From assembly GCA_043228905.1 (NCBI GenBank), contig JBHGNT010000004.1:21700001-21764000 (forward strand): 64,000 bases of DNA, given 5' to 3'. The stretch comes from Azolla caroliniana (taxonomy: Eukaryota > Plantae > Polypodiophyta). Positions 12,435-26,503 of the stretch are shown piece by piece. Each line of letters begins with the position of its first letter. The first letter of the stretch is position 1. The translations under genes were made by a program, and so were the position numbers. The notes below the pieces were generated by a model that saw only the letters and a list, made by a program, of their open reading frames with translations, did not search any database and was not told the origin of the DNA.

Positions 12435-14791
12435 TTGGCAAACGGAGAAGGCGAAGCAAAAGCCTTTTCAGCGTATGAATCGGATTCCGAAGGGGAATAC
12501 AGCGTGCACACGAACTACTATAGTAGCAACGAAACCCCGGGCGGACCGGAGGACGAAGGATCGGACACCTTACCGACACCGGAACCGGAAGTGCTAAGGC
12601 TGGAACCTCCGGAACCAGCAGAGGAAGAGCGACCTCCGACACCGAAAGTTGAAGAGGAGAGGCCTCCGTCACCAAAAGAAGAGGAAAGACCACCAATGCC
12701 GGAAACAAATCAGGAAAGACCATCGACGCCGGAGAAAATCCCGGAACGACCACCAACATTGCCAGCCCGCGCACCGATACTGGACGACGACATGCCGTTC
12801 CAGTACTCCAAGTATAGAGATGATCCGGACGCGGAAGCTCATGTTCACGCTTTTGAACAAACATGGGAAGCAAACCATGTGTCCTAGCGATTGACCCCGA
12901 AAGAAGCGGAACGCTCTAAGATAGCAGAATTTGGCGTCACATTGGAGGGACCGGCAATACTCCAAGTATAGAGATGATCCGGACGCGGAAGCTCATGTTC
13001 ACGCTTTTGAATAGACATGGGAAGCAAACCATGTGTCCCAGCGATTGACCCCGGAAGAAGCGGAACACTCTAAGATAGCAGAATTTGGCGTCACATTGGA
13101 GGAACCGGCAGTAAGATGGCGTCGGACGTAGGACCCGTCTACCATCACCACCTTCGCAGATTTAAAAACTAAATTCTTGCATTTTTTCCAAAAGGAGGTG
13201 GACCAGACAGTAATGGTGGGCTTATTTTATACCATCCGACAGGAGGCAGGGGAGAGCATTCCCCAGTTTGTCATCTGGTTTCAACGGATGCATAGTTAGC
13301 TTGCCTGCGCACCCCCGTAGGAGGAATTACGGACTATATTCCTAAATGCGCTCCGAGAACCCCTACGCACGGTTTGCACGGTAATTGACTTCCGCACAAG
13401 TACCATTGACCAGGTCATTGACTGGGTGAGAGAGATGGAAAAGACAAGCTCCTGGCTCACACTGGGAGCACTCCAACGGGCGTTACCATCCGATGAAGAC
13501 CTCCGGTTTCGGCAAGCAATACAGTGCACAACCTGCTTGAATTCCGGACACTCGGCACTAGAATGCACTATGAGGACGCAATGTGTAATTTGTCAATCCA
13601 AGGGCCATACGACGGATAGGTGCGAGTATAATCTATTGAACCAGCAAGCACCACTCGTCCGGCAAATAGAGCCACGCAGTAGCTGGGATGAAGAAGAGGA
13701 ACGCTGGCGGCGAATGGACCGCGACCGACCGGCACAGGATGTCCGGTATGGCGATTGACGGGAGAATGATGTCCGGTACGGTGATCGGCGAGATAACTAT
13801 GACCGGCATGATAGATATGATCGGTACCGGGATTACAATAGACGATACGAACATTATGACTGGGAGCACTCCCCCGGGTATCGTCAGCAACGGGAGGAAT
13901 ACGACAGATATAACGAGCAACCTCGTCAAGAGTACCGCAATAAGAAGAACTATAACAAAAAACGGCATTTCAAAAAAGGCGGCTACCCACGGGATCCGGA
14001 ACAAGGAGCTTCAAGCAGCCAACCGGCCCAAAACCCCGCGCTTACCACAGGACCGGCCTCAGGTACAACAGACAATGCCAAATCCAGCAATACCCGGAAA
14101 GCCTACTGCTACTACTGCCAACAGGAAGGCCATTATAGTAATCAATGCCCGGTGAAAAGCTATGAAAAACGACCGGCAATAAATATGGTAGTCCCTCAGG
14201 TGGCAGATCTGCTGCAGGTGACCACAAGGTCGAAGGGCATGGCCAAGGAATGGGAGACGCAGGAGACCATCTAGAAGCAAGCAACGGAATGGGTAAAGAA
14301 AGCAAACGAGCAGAATGTCACAGACTTACAGTGGCAAAAGGAGAACATCGTAGGGCTTGCCGGCGGCAGTCACTCCGAGAACGAGATATGGCAGGCGTTG
14401 CAAGAATGCCAGATTACGCTGCCACTAGGAAGACTCCTACAGCTTGTGCCAAGATTCATGGAAGGACTGAAGACGGCCATGACGGCAGGAGAATCATCAC
14501 CGGCACCGGTACTCTTCTCAAATCCGGAGGAGGGACCAACGGTGGTGGACACCAACAGTCCGGTAATCATTGCCATTGTAAAAGGGAAAGAACTCCCCGG
14601 CATAGTTATAGATGGAGGCTCCGCGGTGAATGTAATAAGCCTCCAGACGTGTGATGCCCTTGGAATCCACGAGTGGGAGCCGTGTCCGTTCTGGTTACGG
14701 ATGGCCGATACAAACTCAGTACGGCCGACATGATTAATACGGAAATTAGAAGTCACCGTGGGCGGTCATACATTTCACATCTCGGCAGTAG
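12435..14791 (+). pseudogene. Gypsy gag-protease, interrupted by stops, a 154-bp duplication and the copia insertion
   Basis: CTTCLNSGHSALEC, CVICQSKGHTTDRC and CYYCQQEGHYSNQC knuckles; protease DGG motif at ~14605. Confidence 0.85.
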
Positions 14792-17700
14792 TGTTAAGAA
14801 AACGTGAAGAAGGCACTCGGGCTCTTCTTCTGTATGCGCGGCGGATCGTAGTGTGCTGGATCGTTAGCGTGCTCTAAACAGACAGAGAAAGGAAAGGGGA
14901 CTTACCTTTGTAGTAGCAAAATGGTTTTCTTCTATTACATGTAGAGCTCAACTTGCTCTCGTCAGTCTTCTGGTCTCTCACTCTCTCAGAGTTCTCTACT
15001 CACTATTCTCTGTTTTTTCTTACTGCTTACTTCCTATTCACTCTCACTTACTTTTACCTAAGTCATAACTTATTACACATGTAGCTAATTAGCTGCCAGT
15101 AGCTAATTAGCTGTCAGTCGCTAAATAGCTGTTCACTAGCTAATTAGCTGTCACTAGCTAAATAGCTGTTTTACCTTTTTGTTCACTAGTAGCTAAATAG
15201 CTACTATAGCTTATTTCTCATAAGCATCACATACCATGTTGAGCTTGCTTCTCAACACTCCCCCTCAAGCTCAACTTATTCTCGCTTGAGGTTCTCTTCA
15301 ATCTTCTTTTCCATTTTGCTTTTTAGCCATCTCATCAATGTTTACAACTCCCATCATGTTCCGAAACTGTGTATGCTTTTCCACACTCAATCCCTTCGTA
15401 AGGATATCAGCAACCTGCTGATTTGTATTCACATACACCAGATCAACTTCACCTTCCATCACTTTTTCTCTAACAAAGTGATAATGCACCTCAATGTGCT
15501 TTGTTCTTGCATGGAACACTGGGTTCTTTGCAAGCTGAATGCTGCTCATATTGTCACACCAGATTGTGACAGCACCATCTATATATACTCCCAGATCAGC
15601 AAGCAGTCTTCTGATCCATACTTCTTCACATGTGGCTATTGCAGCCCCTCTATACTCAGCTTCTGTACTGGACAATGCAACAGTAGCCTGTTTCTTGCTA
15701 CTCCATGAAATTCCTGCACTTCCCAAGGTAAAGATATATCCACTTGTGGATCTTCTATCTGTTTGGCTTCCAGCCCAATCAACATCTGTATATCCTTCCA
15801 GATTTATGTCCAAATCAGCCCTGTAAAACAATCCATAGTTCTGAGTAGCTTTTACATACCTCAGAATTCTTCTAATGCAGTCCAAATGCGGCTTTGTTGG
15901 CTGTTGCATAAATTGGCTGACTAATCCAACTGCATAACTCAAATCAGGTCTTGTTATGGTCAAATAAATAAGGCTGCCCACCATAGACCTGTACATGTTT
16001 ACATCTTCTATCTTGGCTCCCAAATCAGCCCTCAACTTGCAGTTTTTATCAAGTGGTACAGCAATAGGTTTGCATCCAAGCATACCATACTTTTTCAACA
16101 TAGTTGTTGCATACTGTTTTTGCAACATACATATACCACTTTCAGATCTGATGATTTCAATACCAAGAAAATATCTCAGATCTCCCAAATCTTTCATATG
16201 AAACTGCATTTCCAGATTTTTTTTCAACTTTCTTATTTCATCCACGGAATCTCCTCCAATAATCAAATCATCTACATAAATCAGAATAATAACAATGCAA
16301 TCATTTTCACTTTTTACATACAAAGAAGGATCAGCTTTTGACATTTTGAAACCAAGATTTTTCAGAGAATCTGAAAGTTCTCTGTGCCATGCTCTTGGTG
16401 CCTGTTTCAGTCCATAGAGAGCTTTTTTCAGCTTACATACATAATCAGGATGTTTCTTATCTTCAAAACCTGGTGGTTGACTCATATACACTTCTTCTTC
16501 CAAGTTACCATGTAAAAAAGCATTTTTTACATCCATGTGATGCAAAATCCATTTTCTGGCTGCTCCTACAGCAAGTAGTGTTCTCAAGGTTGCCATCTTT
16601 GCAACCGGTGCAAAAGTCTCATCATAATCAATCCCTTGCATCTGAGCATATCCTTTTGCAACCAATCTTGCTTTATGTCTACTTACATTCCCATTGGAGT
16701 CATGCTTTGTCTTGTAGACCCATTTGCAGCCTACCACATTTTTCTCTTTTGGTAACTTCACTAAATCCCACGTTTTGTTCTCAGCCAATGCATCAATCTC
16801 TTCTTGCATTGCATCCATCCATTTCTTCTCAGATTTTGCTTCTTCAAAGCTGTTTGGGTCAGGGATCTGTACCACCTTAGACATATATGCATAGTGCATA
16901 GCCATATATGTATCATACCCAAATCTTTCCACAGTCTTTTTCTCTCTATCTGATCTTCTCAGTTTCTGATTTGCATTCTTTATTGCCTTTTCCATACCAG
17001 GGATTTTCATTTCCTGTATTCCAAGGAAATCATCCAAAGACATATCTGAATCTTCATCTTCCATGTTTTTTGATAGGTCCTCCGAGATTTCATACTCTGG
17101 CATTTTCTGTTTTCCTTTTTTGTCATCAGATTTTTTCTGTCCAGTTTTTCCACTCCATGAATTTGAATCAGATTTACCATCTGAGCTTTTTGATGGTCCA
17201 GAACATTCTGTTGATGTTGGACTTTGCTGTCCAACCTTGTCTCCATCTCTGTGACAGTCTTCTACATTTTCTGATCTGTCTTTGTCTTCATTTTGACAGT
17301 CTTCATCAGTCTCTAGATTCTGTTTTGGGCTGTACCAACTAGCCAACTCATCAAATATCACATCTCGACTTGTCACAATCTTTTTAGTCACAGGGTTATA
17401 ACATCTGTACCCTTTTTGTTCTTCTGAATATCCAACAAAGATACATTTTTCTGCTTTTGGATCCAACTTACTTCTTACTTCTGCAGGCACATGTACATAT
17501 GCAAGGCATCCAAACACTTTCAAGTGTTGTAAGCTAGGCTTCCTGCCATAAAAACACTCTTCAGGAGTTGCCTCATGTACTCCTGATGTAATACATCTAT
17601 TTAAAATGTAATTTGTTGTATTTACAGCTTCTGCCCAATAGTATAATGGCATGTTCTTCTCAGTCATCATTGCCCTTGCTATGTTCACCAAAGTTCTGTT

Positions 17701-20227
17701 TTTCCTCTCAGCAACTCCATTTTGCTGTGGAGTATATCGGCATGTGAACTGTCTTCTTATTCCCTGATTACACAAAAAATCAGAAAATTCATTGGAGAAA
17801 TACTCTCCTCCTCCATCAGATCTCAAACATTTTATCCTTGTACCAGCCTGCTTTTCTACCATGCATTTAAACTTACGAAAACAGTCAAATACTTCACTTT
17901 TCTCCTTCATGAAGTACACCCATGTCTTCCGTGAACAATCATCAATAAATGTAACATAAAATCTGCATCCACCAATAGATGCATTCTTTGTTGGTCCCCA
18001 TACATCTGTATGTACCAAATCCAATAGATTTTTGCTTACATGTCTCTCATGAGGGAATGGCAACCTGTTTTGCTTACCATATTGACATGCTTCACATACT
18101 TTTCCCATTTCACACTTTTTCAAGTTTGGCAGTCCAGCCACTGCATCTTTTCTCAACATATTCTTTAATGTTTGCATACTTATATGGCCAATCCTTTTAT
18201 GCCACATTTCCACATCTGAGATTACACTCGTTCCATTTGCAAACATGGCTGAAAACTGTTTGGGCATTTCTACATCCAAGATAAACATTCTTCCTTGTCT
18301 CTTCCCTTTTGCAATGAGCTTCCCATTCTTTTCTATATAGCATCCACTTTGCTTAAACTTCACTTGCATACAATCTATCCAACAGAAATCAGATTCTTAG
18401 CAAGGTTTGGAACATGCATCACATTCAACATATACTTGGTTTTTCCTCTTTCTTCCCACAATGGGATATCTCCAACATGTTTTATTTGGTGAGTTGTGTC
18501 ATCACCTGTTTGTACATAACCAGGAACCTCTGGTTCTCTTAAACTCTCAAACCAATTTGCATGTCCAGTCATATGGTTAGATGCCCCCGAGTCTACATAC
18601 CACGTAAACTCTTCATTACATTTCTGTGAGCTTTCAGCCACTGCTGCTATCTCATGTTGCACTACAAGAACACCTTCCTTTTCACAATCTTCACTAGTAG
18701 AGGCATAGTTACTCTGTTGTCCTTTTCCTCTTTTCTCATCATTTTGTTTCTTGTAACATTCAGCCTGTGTGTGGCCTGGTTTTCCACAATACCAACAGCC
18801 ATCATCATTTACATATGTTTGCTTACCTCTACCTCGGTTGCTCCCCCTGCCTCTGTTGTTGTTTCTTCCTCTAATGGTTTGTTGTCCTCTTCCTTGATAA
18901 CCATTATTGTGGGTTCTTGCTGAGCCAAATCTTCCATGGCCTCTTCCTCGGCCTCTTCCAGCACTATTATATAGGGCTTGCCCCTCATTCTCAAGATTTT
19001 CTTTATTTGCATCATCCATCTGATTTCTTTCCTCTACCACAAGCATTGAGACCAGATCTGAAAAACTTGGGATACTATCCCTTGTGAGAATAGAAGTTTT
19101 AAAACTCTTGTATTGAGGTCCTAAGCCTCTTAAGCATATTTCCACTTTGTCATCATCTTCTATCTTCACATTGATAGAAGCAAGTGATTCACATATACTC
19201 TTGATTTTTAAGGCATATTCATTTATTGACATCTTACCTTTCTCCAAGGTATTTAGCTCAGTCTTTAACTGGAGCTTTCTAGCCTTTGTGTTCACAGCAA
19301 ACAGTTTTACCAAGTTGTCCCAAGCTTCTTTTGGGAGCATAACATCTTGTATATGCCCAAGCATTGAATCTGAGATGCTGAGTGATAGCCAATGCATTAC
19401 TTTCCTTGCCCCTTGATTCCAATCTTTAAATGCCTTAATATGTGCAGCTGTTGCATTCTCTTCTGGGATCTCTGGAGCCTCTTCTAGGTCTCCTTCAATG
19501 TAATCCCAGTATCCTTTCCCCATCAGAAAGTTTGTCATTCTGAATTTCCACGCCGGGAAATTGTTTTTATCTAATTTCTCTGTGACCATTTGGCCTACAT
19601 TCTCTACAGCCATTTTTTTTTTCCTTCCAAAAAAACCAGGGTTTTGCTTTAGTTACTTCAACAAGTAACTTTCTGATTTCTGATCAGCAACCAGAGAAAT
19701 AACTTTCTCAGATTAAGGCACTGCTATACTCTTCCTTACGAGCTACTCTGCTCTGATACCATGTTAAGAAAACGTGAAGAAGGCACTCGGGCTCTTCTTC
19801 TGTATGCGCGGCGGATCGTAGTGTGCTGGATCGTTAGCGTGCTCTAAACAGACAGAGAAAGGAAAGGGGACTTACCTTTGTAGTAGCAAAATGGTTTTCT
19901 TCTATTACATGTAGAGCTCAACTTGCTCTCGTCAGTCTTCTGGTCTCTCACTCTCTCAGAGTTCTCTACTCACTATTCTCTGTTTTTTCTTACTGCTTAC
20001 TTCCTATTCACTCTCACTTACTTTTACCTAAGTCATAAGTTATTACACATGCAGCTAATTAGCTGCCAGTAGCTAATTAGCTGTCAGTCGCTAAATAGCT
20101 GTTCACTAGCTAATTAGCTGTCACTAGCTAAATAGCTGTTTTACCTTTTTGTTCACTAGTAGCTAAATAGCTACTATAGCTTATTTCTCATAAGCATCAC
20201 ATACCATGTTGAGCTTGCTTCTCAACA
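14792..20227 (-). mobile_element. Ty1/copia LTR retrotransposon nested in the gypsy protease region
   Basis: 466-bp LTRs 19762-20227 (5') and 14792-15257 (3'), 2 differences seen. TSD AGTAG. PBS TGGTATCAGAGC (tRNA-iMet) at 19750-19761. PPT GCTTGAGGGGGAG next to 15257. Gag-PR-IN-RT-RH order. Confidence 0.97.
15298..19613 (-). pseudogene. Copia gag-pol, broken by one stop plus a frameshift at ~18369-18377
   Basis: ORF 18375..19613 (gag, CWYCGKPGHTQAEC, WYVDSGAS) and ORF 15298..18369 (integrase, RT YVDDL, RNase H) are in different frames, separated by GGA TAG ATT GT ATG. Confidence 0.9.
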
Positions 20228-23200
20228 AGTAGTGCTACAATTACAGGCACAAGGCGCATACCCGCTATTGTTGGGGCGGTCGTGGTTGAAAACGACACAT
20301 ATCAAACAGAATTGGAGGAAAAATATAATTACCTTCCGGCAAGGAAAAGCCAAAGTACGGGTACCAACACAGCCAAGGATGAGCACTGGCAAGGAATGTA
20401 CACCATTGTATGCAGAGTGCGTCAACATGCTAGAAGGGTTAGCTGACGAAGAAGAAGCTCAGTACTTGCAAGAAAACCCGAAGATCATACCCCTCTTCGA
20501 AATTGACATTGCCGAAGCAGTAGCACCATACTTACCGCAGCCGGAAGAGGTTGAAGCAGAACCAGATAAAGACGCAATCCGGGAGTTACGGCAAGCGCAG
20601 GAAGCGTTGGAATGGGAAATGGCCGTTTCACAGCGCGTAAAAGCGTCACAACTTGAAGAGGTGAACCTAGGGACCACGGACGAAGCAAAACTGGTGCACA
20701 TCGCCAAGGAGATGAAGACTGAAGACAAAACGGCGATGATCACACTTCTCACGGAATTTCGCGACGTGTTCGCCTGGTCATACGAAGACATGTGAGGACT
20801 CGACCCTCAGTTATACTAGCATCAGGTTCACTTGAGCAAGGACGCAAAACCAGTGGCACAAAGATGGTACCGGATGATTCCCAATTATGCCGCCAAAGTC
20901 AAGGAGGAAATTGACAAACTGCTAAGAGTTGGCTTTATCCGTCCGGTAAAGAAAGCGACATGGTTGAGCTCGATCATAGTCGTACCGAAGAAGAACGGAA
21001 AAATTCGAGTTTGTGTGGACTACCGGAAACTCAATGCGGCTACGGTAACGGATGCGTTTCCACTCCCGTTCACAGATGGAGTGTTGGATGTCGTCGCCGG
21101 CCATGAGGTCTATAGCTTTCTAGACGGATTCAGCGGGTATAATCAGATCCGGATGCACCCCGACGACCAAGAAAAAACGGCTTTCGTCACCGAATGGGGG
21201 GTGTTTGTGGCCGTGGTGATGATGTTCAGACTCAAAACGGCACTGGCGACATTTCAACGAATCATCATGGAAATCTTTGGTGAATATATCCTGGCGTTTA
21301 TGCAGGTTTTCCTTGACGATTTCGCCGTCTATAGCCGGGAGGACCATTTTCAGCACCTCCGTCTTTGTCTAAAAAAGTGTAGAGCGTACCGGCTAAGCTT
21401 GAATCTAGCAAAGTGTGTATTTGGCGTGTCCAGTGGAACTTTATTAGGACATATTGTGAGCCAGGAAGGTATTGTAGTCGACCCGGAAAAAGTGAAAGCC
21501 ATATTAGAAGCGCCGGCGCCGGCAACGGCAAAGGTATTAAGCCGGTTCTTAGGCCAGATCCGGTGGCACAGCCGGATGCTCCGATACTTGGCCGACCTGG
21601 CTACATCGTTGCATGCCGCCGTACATCGGACACCATTCCAGTGGACCGACACCGAGGATAGGGCGTATAGGGCCCTCAAGGTACTATTGTCGCAAGCACC
21701 GGTAGTGCAGCCTCCGGATTGGAGTAAAGAATTTCATGTGTTCGTGGACACCTCCGACATCGCAATCGGAAGCGTACTGATGCAGCTTACGGAGCCAAAG
21801 TGGTACCGGCCAGTGTACTATGCCAGCCGAAAGCTATCCCAAGCAGAATGGAACTACTCTACCACGGAACGGGAAGCTCTAGGGATGATCTACTGTGTGA
21901 CAAAGTTTCGGCATTATTTATTGGGAAGGAGGTTTTCCTTCCATGTAGATAATTCAACACTCCTTTACCTGGTGTCCAAAGCGTCACTCACCAGTAAGTT
22001 GGCCCGGTGGACCTTACTGTTACAGGAATTTGAGTTCGAAATATTCCACCAACCCGGTATACAGCATGTCGTGGTGGATTACTTAAGCCAATTAGAGTCC
22101 GGAGAGACGGGTGACGGAGTAGCGGATGAGTTTCCGGATGCGGAGCTGTTTCGAGTCACTACGGAAACGGCAGCAGATGAGACGGTGGCACAGGAAGACA
22201 AGTGGCTCACAAACATGCACCAATTTCTGAGCACAGGACTGCCTCCGGAAGAGATGAACCGGGACGAACGGAAACGCCGAGCGGTGCAAAGCCGACATTT
22301 CTGCTTACTGCAAGACACACTTTACCACAAGGGCACGGACGGCATATAGAGACGGGTTGTGCGCAGCGATGACAGGGACCTGATATTCAGGGAAGCCCAC
22401 TGCGGAGTTGCCAGAGGTCACTATGCCGGAGATGTGACGGCCAGGAAAATATGGCAAAGTGGCCTATGGTGGCCAACGACATTAAGAGATGCGGTACGGT
22501 ACGCAAAAGAATGTGACCTATGCCAGCGAATGGGCCAGCCAACGGAGCAGGCTCATATGCCACACCAGCCGGTACTACCACTCGAGCCATTCCAGAAGTG
22601 GGGGTTGGACTTTGTTGGACCGTTCAAACCACCGGCAATGAGAACGGGTAATCGGTACGTCATCGTCGCGACGGATTACTGCATGAAATGGGTGGAGGCC
22701 AAAGCCTTAAGAGACAACACCGCTGCGTCAACGGCGAAATTTCTATACGAGTACATCTGGTGCTGTTACGGATGCCCAATCGAATTAATAAGCGACCAAG
22801 GGGGGCACTTTCTTGGCCAAGTAGTTGAAAGCCTGACGACATTCTATGTTGTTTTCCATAAACGGAGCACATCATACTATCCGCAAGCAAACGGGTTAGC
22901 GGAATCGACCAACAAAACGCTCCAGAATATCCTCCGAAAGATCGTCAACGAAAACCGAATGGATTAGGATACCAAGCTACATAGCGCGCTTTGGGCATAC
23001 CGGACGGCATATAAAACGAGCATCCGAACAACACTGTTCCAGTTAGCGTTCGGACTAGAGGCGATAATGCCGGTGGAATTCCAAGTACCCAGCTTACGGA
23101 TCCAGCTACGGGAACGATTGAACGAGAAGGAGTCGGAGGCAATACGGTTAACAGCGTTGTGTGAACTCGAGGAACAACGACTGGCAAGCATCCTGCACTT

Positions 23201-23450
23201 AGAATTGGAACAACGGTGACGGAAAGCATTTGTCGACCGGCACAGGAAAGGAAACGAAAAAATGTTCGCAATCGGCAAACCGGTGTTAGTATTTCAGACC
23301 CGGATGGGCAAGATGCCGGGTAAACTACGGTTTAGATGGACCGGTCCGTATTGGCTGACACGTGAGTATAATGGGTCCTACCAGTTAGGGACACTTGTCG
23401 GCGAAGTGCTAGGCAAATGGGTCAACGGATTAAAAGTTAGTAATCATTAA
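20228..23450 (+). pseudogene. Gypsy pol (RT, RNase H, integrase) with several in-frame stops
   Basis: ORFs 20232..20795, 20832..22349, 22359..22967 and 23262..23450 carry RT/RH/IN motifs and are separated by stop codons. Confidence 0.9.
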
Positions 23451-23799
23451 AAAAAAAAAAAAGGCGAAGTAATCATGCAAAAGCGAGGTATGAATGGACG
23501 AAAGAGCGAGGACCGAAAAGGTACGAAGTGGGCATTTAAGCGCCACCACAGGACATAATGCTATTTTAGTACACGACGTGCACACACTCGAAAAAGGCGC
23601 CAGAATGCACAAAGAAAAACCACTGCACGTGGAGACCCTTTACTTTCGCGAACCCAGGAGCACAGAAGCACCAAGGCACTACAAGATCATCAGACGAGAA
23701 CCTACGCACAGAGAACCCCCGCCTTCTAAACTCTCTCTCTCTCAATCTCACTGTCATCACCATCCAACCTCGCCACCGCAATCCGACCTCGACACAGAC

Positions 23800-26449
23800 A
23801 TGGACCCGCAAACATTGTCGGAAGCCGCCAAGACATGGCTAAAGCAACACGGGCTCGAGGGCTTCTTGATGATAATGGAGGTACCGCCACACAAAGAAGC
23901 CGACAAGGTGATCAAAGAAATTGACACAGAGGTCATAACGGCGGAGGCGATTCGAGCGTTAACAGGCCTTCCGAAGGGAGGCATACTCACGATTGACAAT
24001 CCGACCTCGGAGCAACTCATCAAGTATTTTGGTGAGTACTCCCTAGCCAGCAAGGGCTATCGGACACAGGGCGGCGGAGATATGTTGTTCCGCGAGATTG
24101 CTTGTGTGCTCCACGAATACGGCCATGTGTACCCTAGACCCCTTGTCATGCCGCAGAACCGGGCAGGGATGATCATCGCCACCTATGAAGGGATCAAGGT
24201 GGATTGGCCGGTATTGATCGCAGACGGTTTGTGTGCGGCGATCGAGATCGTCAGAGGCAAAGACGACAAAGAAGGTCGAGACGGACGGAGGATATGGCAC
24301 GCCGTAACGCAGTGGCTCACCTTACTTGTGCCACCTGTCCAGCCCATCCAACCCAAGAAGCAAGGAAGAGTGGCGGATGGCACCCCAAAGACGGCTTCCA
24401 AATGACAACAGTTGTTGGCCTCTAGGGCCACTAAGGGGAAGGCGGCGGACGCAGAACAGGCGGGAAAGGAGAGCGCCAGCCGGAAGCGGCCAACAGATGC
24501 GCAGGAGGAACCACCGGCACGGCCCGTAAAGGTTACCCTCCGCCGACCGGTGAATATAAAAGCGGACCCCTTGGCGGCAAAACTCAATGTCGGGACTCAG
24601 GAAGAGGAAATAGAGGAGGAGCCTACGGAGCATCTCCAGCGACGGTCGTCGGCAAGGACCGTTGAGGCAGCCGGGAATCGTTCGGACCCTCAGACGGAGG
24701 GAACACCCGCTCCCCATACTGAGACTCCCACGCCAAGGGAAGAACCGGAACCGGTGCGCATGGCACCGAAATCAGAAGCCCATGCACCACTGGCAACATC
24801 GGCAAGTCCCATCCCGCCAGAGCCAAAAAGGTCAATGCAGCCTCCCTCGGCCAACCAAGAAGAAGCGCAATAGGAACCAGGACAGTAGGGTGGTCCACGG
24901 GCTGAAACGGAATTGCAACTCGGCGCAATCAGGCGGGACCACCCATCTACAAGCGAGCCCATCCGTCAAACCTCCGTGCAAACGCAACAACAAGGCACCG
25001 GTAGCCTGTGGCTCCAGTGGATAGGCGAACAGATTGCCGGAGCAGTGGGGTATATTGAGGTAGAAGAAAGAGCGCAAAGCGAACGGTTGCTCGTCACAAC
25101 CGAACAACTAGAGACGGCCCGGTCCAGAATCCGGTGCCTTGGAAAAGACTTGGATCAGGTCACGGCAAAGATGGCCAAAATGGCCTTAACGGCAACACAG
25201 ATCTAATCACTGGTGACCCCGGTAAGTGTACAGAATAAAGGAACAAAGCAACCTGTACATACCAATAAGACCCCGGAAACGGAAACCGTTCCGGCGAGAG
25301 ATGCGGCGCAAGCCCAGGAGCTTGCGGAATTGAGAGATGAACTGGCCGCACAAGAAGCGCTAAGGAGCCGGGAACGGGAATTGAAGACAGCGGCCGAGGC
25401 CGAATTAAAGAAGACTGCTGAGAACCTCCGCCGGGCAGAGGAGAGCCTCCGGAAAGGCCATCAAGCGTACGATCGGCTAAGGGAGGAAAAAGACAAAGTG
25501 CTGCAGGAAAAGGACAAGCTACGGAAGACGGCGGAAACGGAAATTGAACGGCTAAAGGAAGAGCTCCGCTAGCAGAAGGACCGTGAGGACCGGGCCCGTC
25601 AACAGATCAACGCACGACTCAAGCAAAAGACAGATGATTTTGAGCACCTGCACCGGGACTACAAACGGCTAGAAACGGAGCATAAGGAATGGATGGTCGA
25701 GCTCCAGCAGGAAGTTGATCGGGCCGCGACGGCGATCGCCGACGAACATGCGGAAAATACAAGACGGTTGGACGAGGCGGAGAAGGTCCGGATGGAGCGC
25801 CAGAGGCAGCAGCAGGAAGAAAAGGAGAGAGCGTCAACGGTATTGCAGAAATTACAAAGCACATATCAAAGGCAATTGACGCATTACAAGGAGCAGGCGG
25901 AAGACAACGTCAAAATCATCAAGCAATTGAAGGAGGAATGGCAAGCTGCGGAGACCAAATCGCAATTGGGAACGGGCCGGATTCAATGCATCTGAGGACT
26001 TCACCGCCATACGGGACGAGTTGGCCGATGACTTCCAAGTCCTGGCGGATGAATAGCTAGCGCAGGTCCGGCAACTCATAGCTCAGCTAGACGATGATAG
26101 GTTGGACGCTCAAATCCAGTTTGAAAGCTACGAGCAATCTCGGGTTCGGGAAGAAAAAGCACGGGAAGCGGCAACGGTTAACCTTAGTGATGAGGAACTG
26201 TCGTCGGCCGAGGGCCAGCCCGGAACTAGTCAACCGGAGACCACTACAACGGAGGGAGCAACGACGGAGACGCCAGTGTCAGAGCAACAAACGGAGGAGC
26301 AGCCGCAACAGCCACCAATGGACCCGTCGCAGCAGCCATCAACAGAGCAGCAACAGCAGTAGCAGCAACCACAACAACAACAACCAATTCTAGATGAACC
26401 ATTGGAGACTCTCGAACAAAGCATTTTGGATATTTTGGACGAGGAATAG
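23800..26449 (+). pseudogene. Gypsy extra ORF downstream of integrase (~880 codons reconstructed; globular N-terminus plus long coiled coil)
   Basis: ORFs starting 23494, 24412, 24913, 25213 and 25693 share one frame and are separated by single stops. One frameshift near 25970 leads into the 26102 frame, ending LDILDEE*. Confidence 0.75.
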
Positions 26450-26503
26450 CAAGGGTCGGATGTGGATTCGACGTACAAGGTACTATCCCACGGACGTGCC
26501 ATG

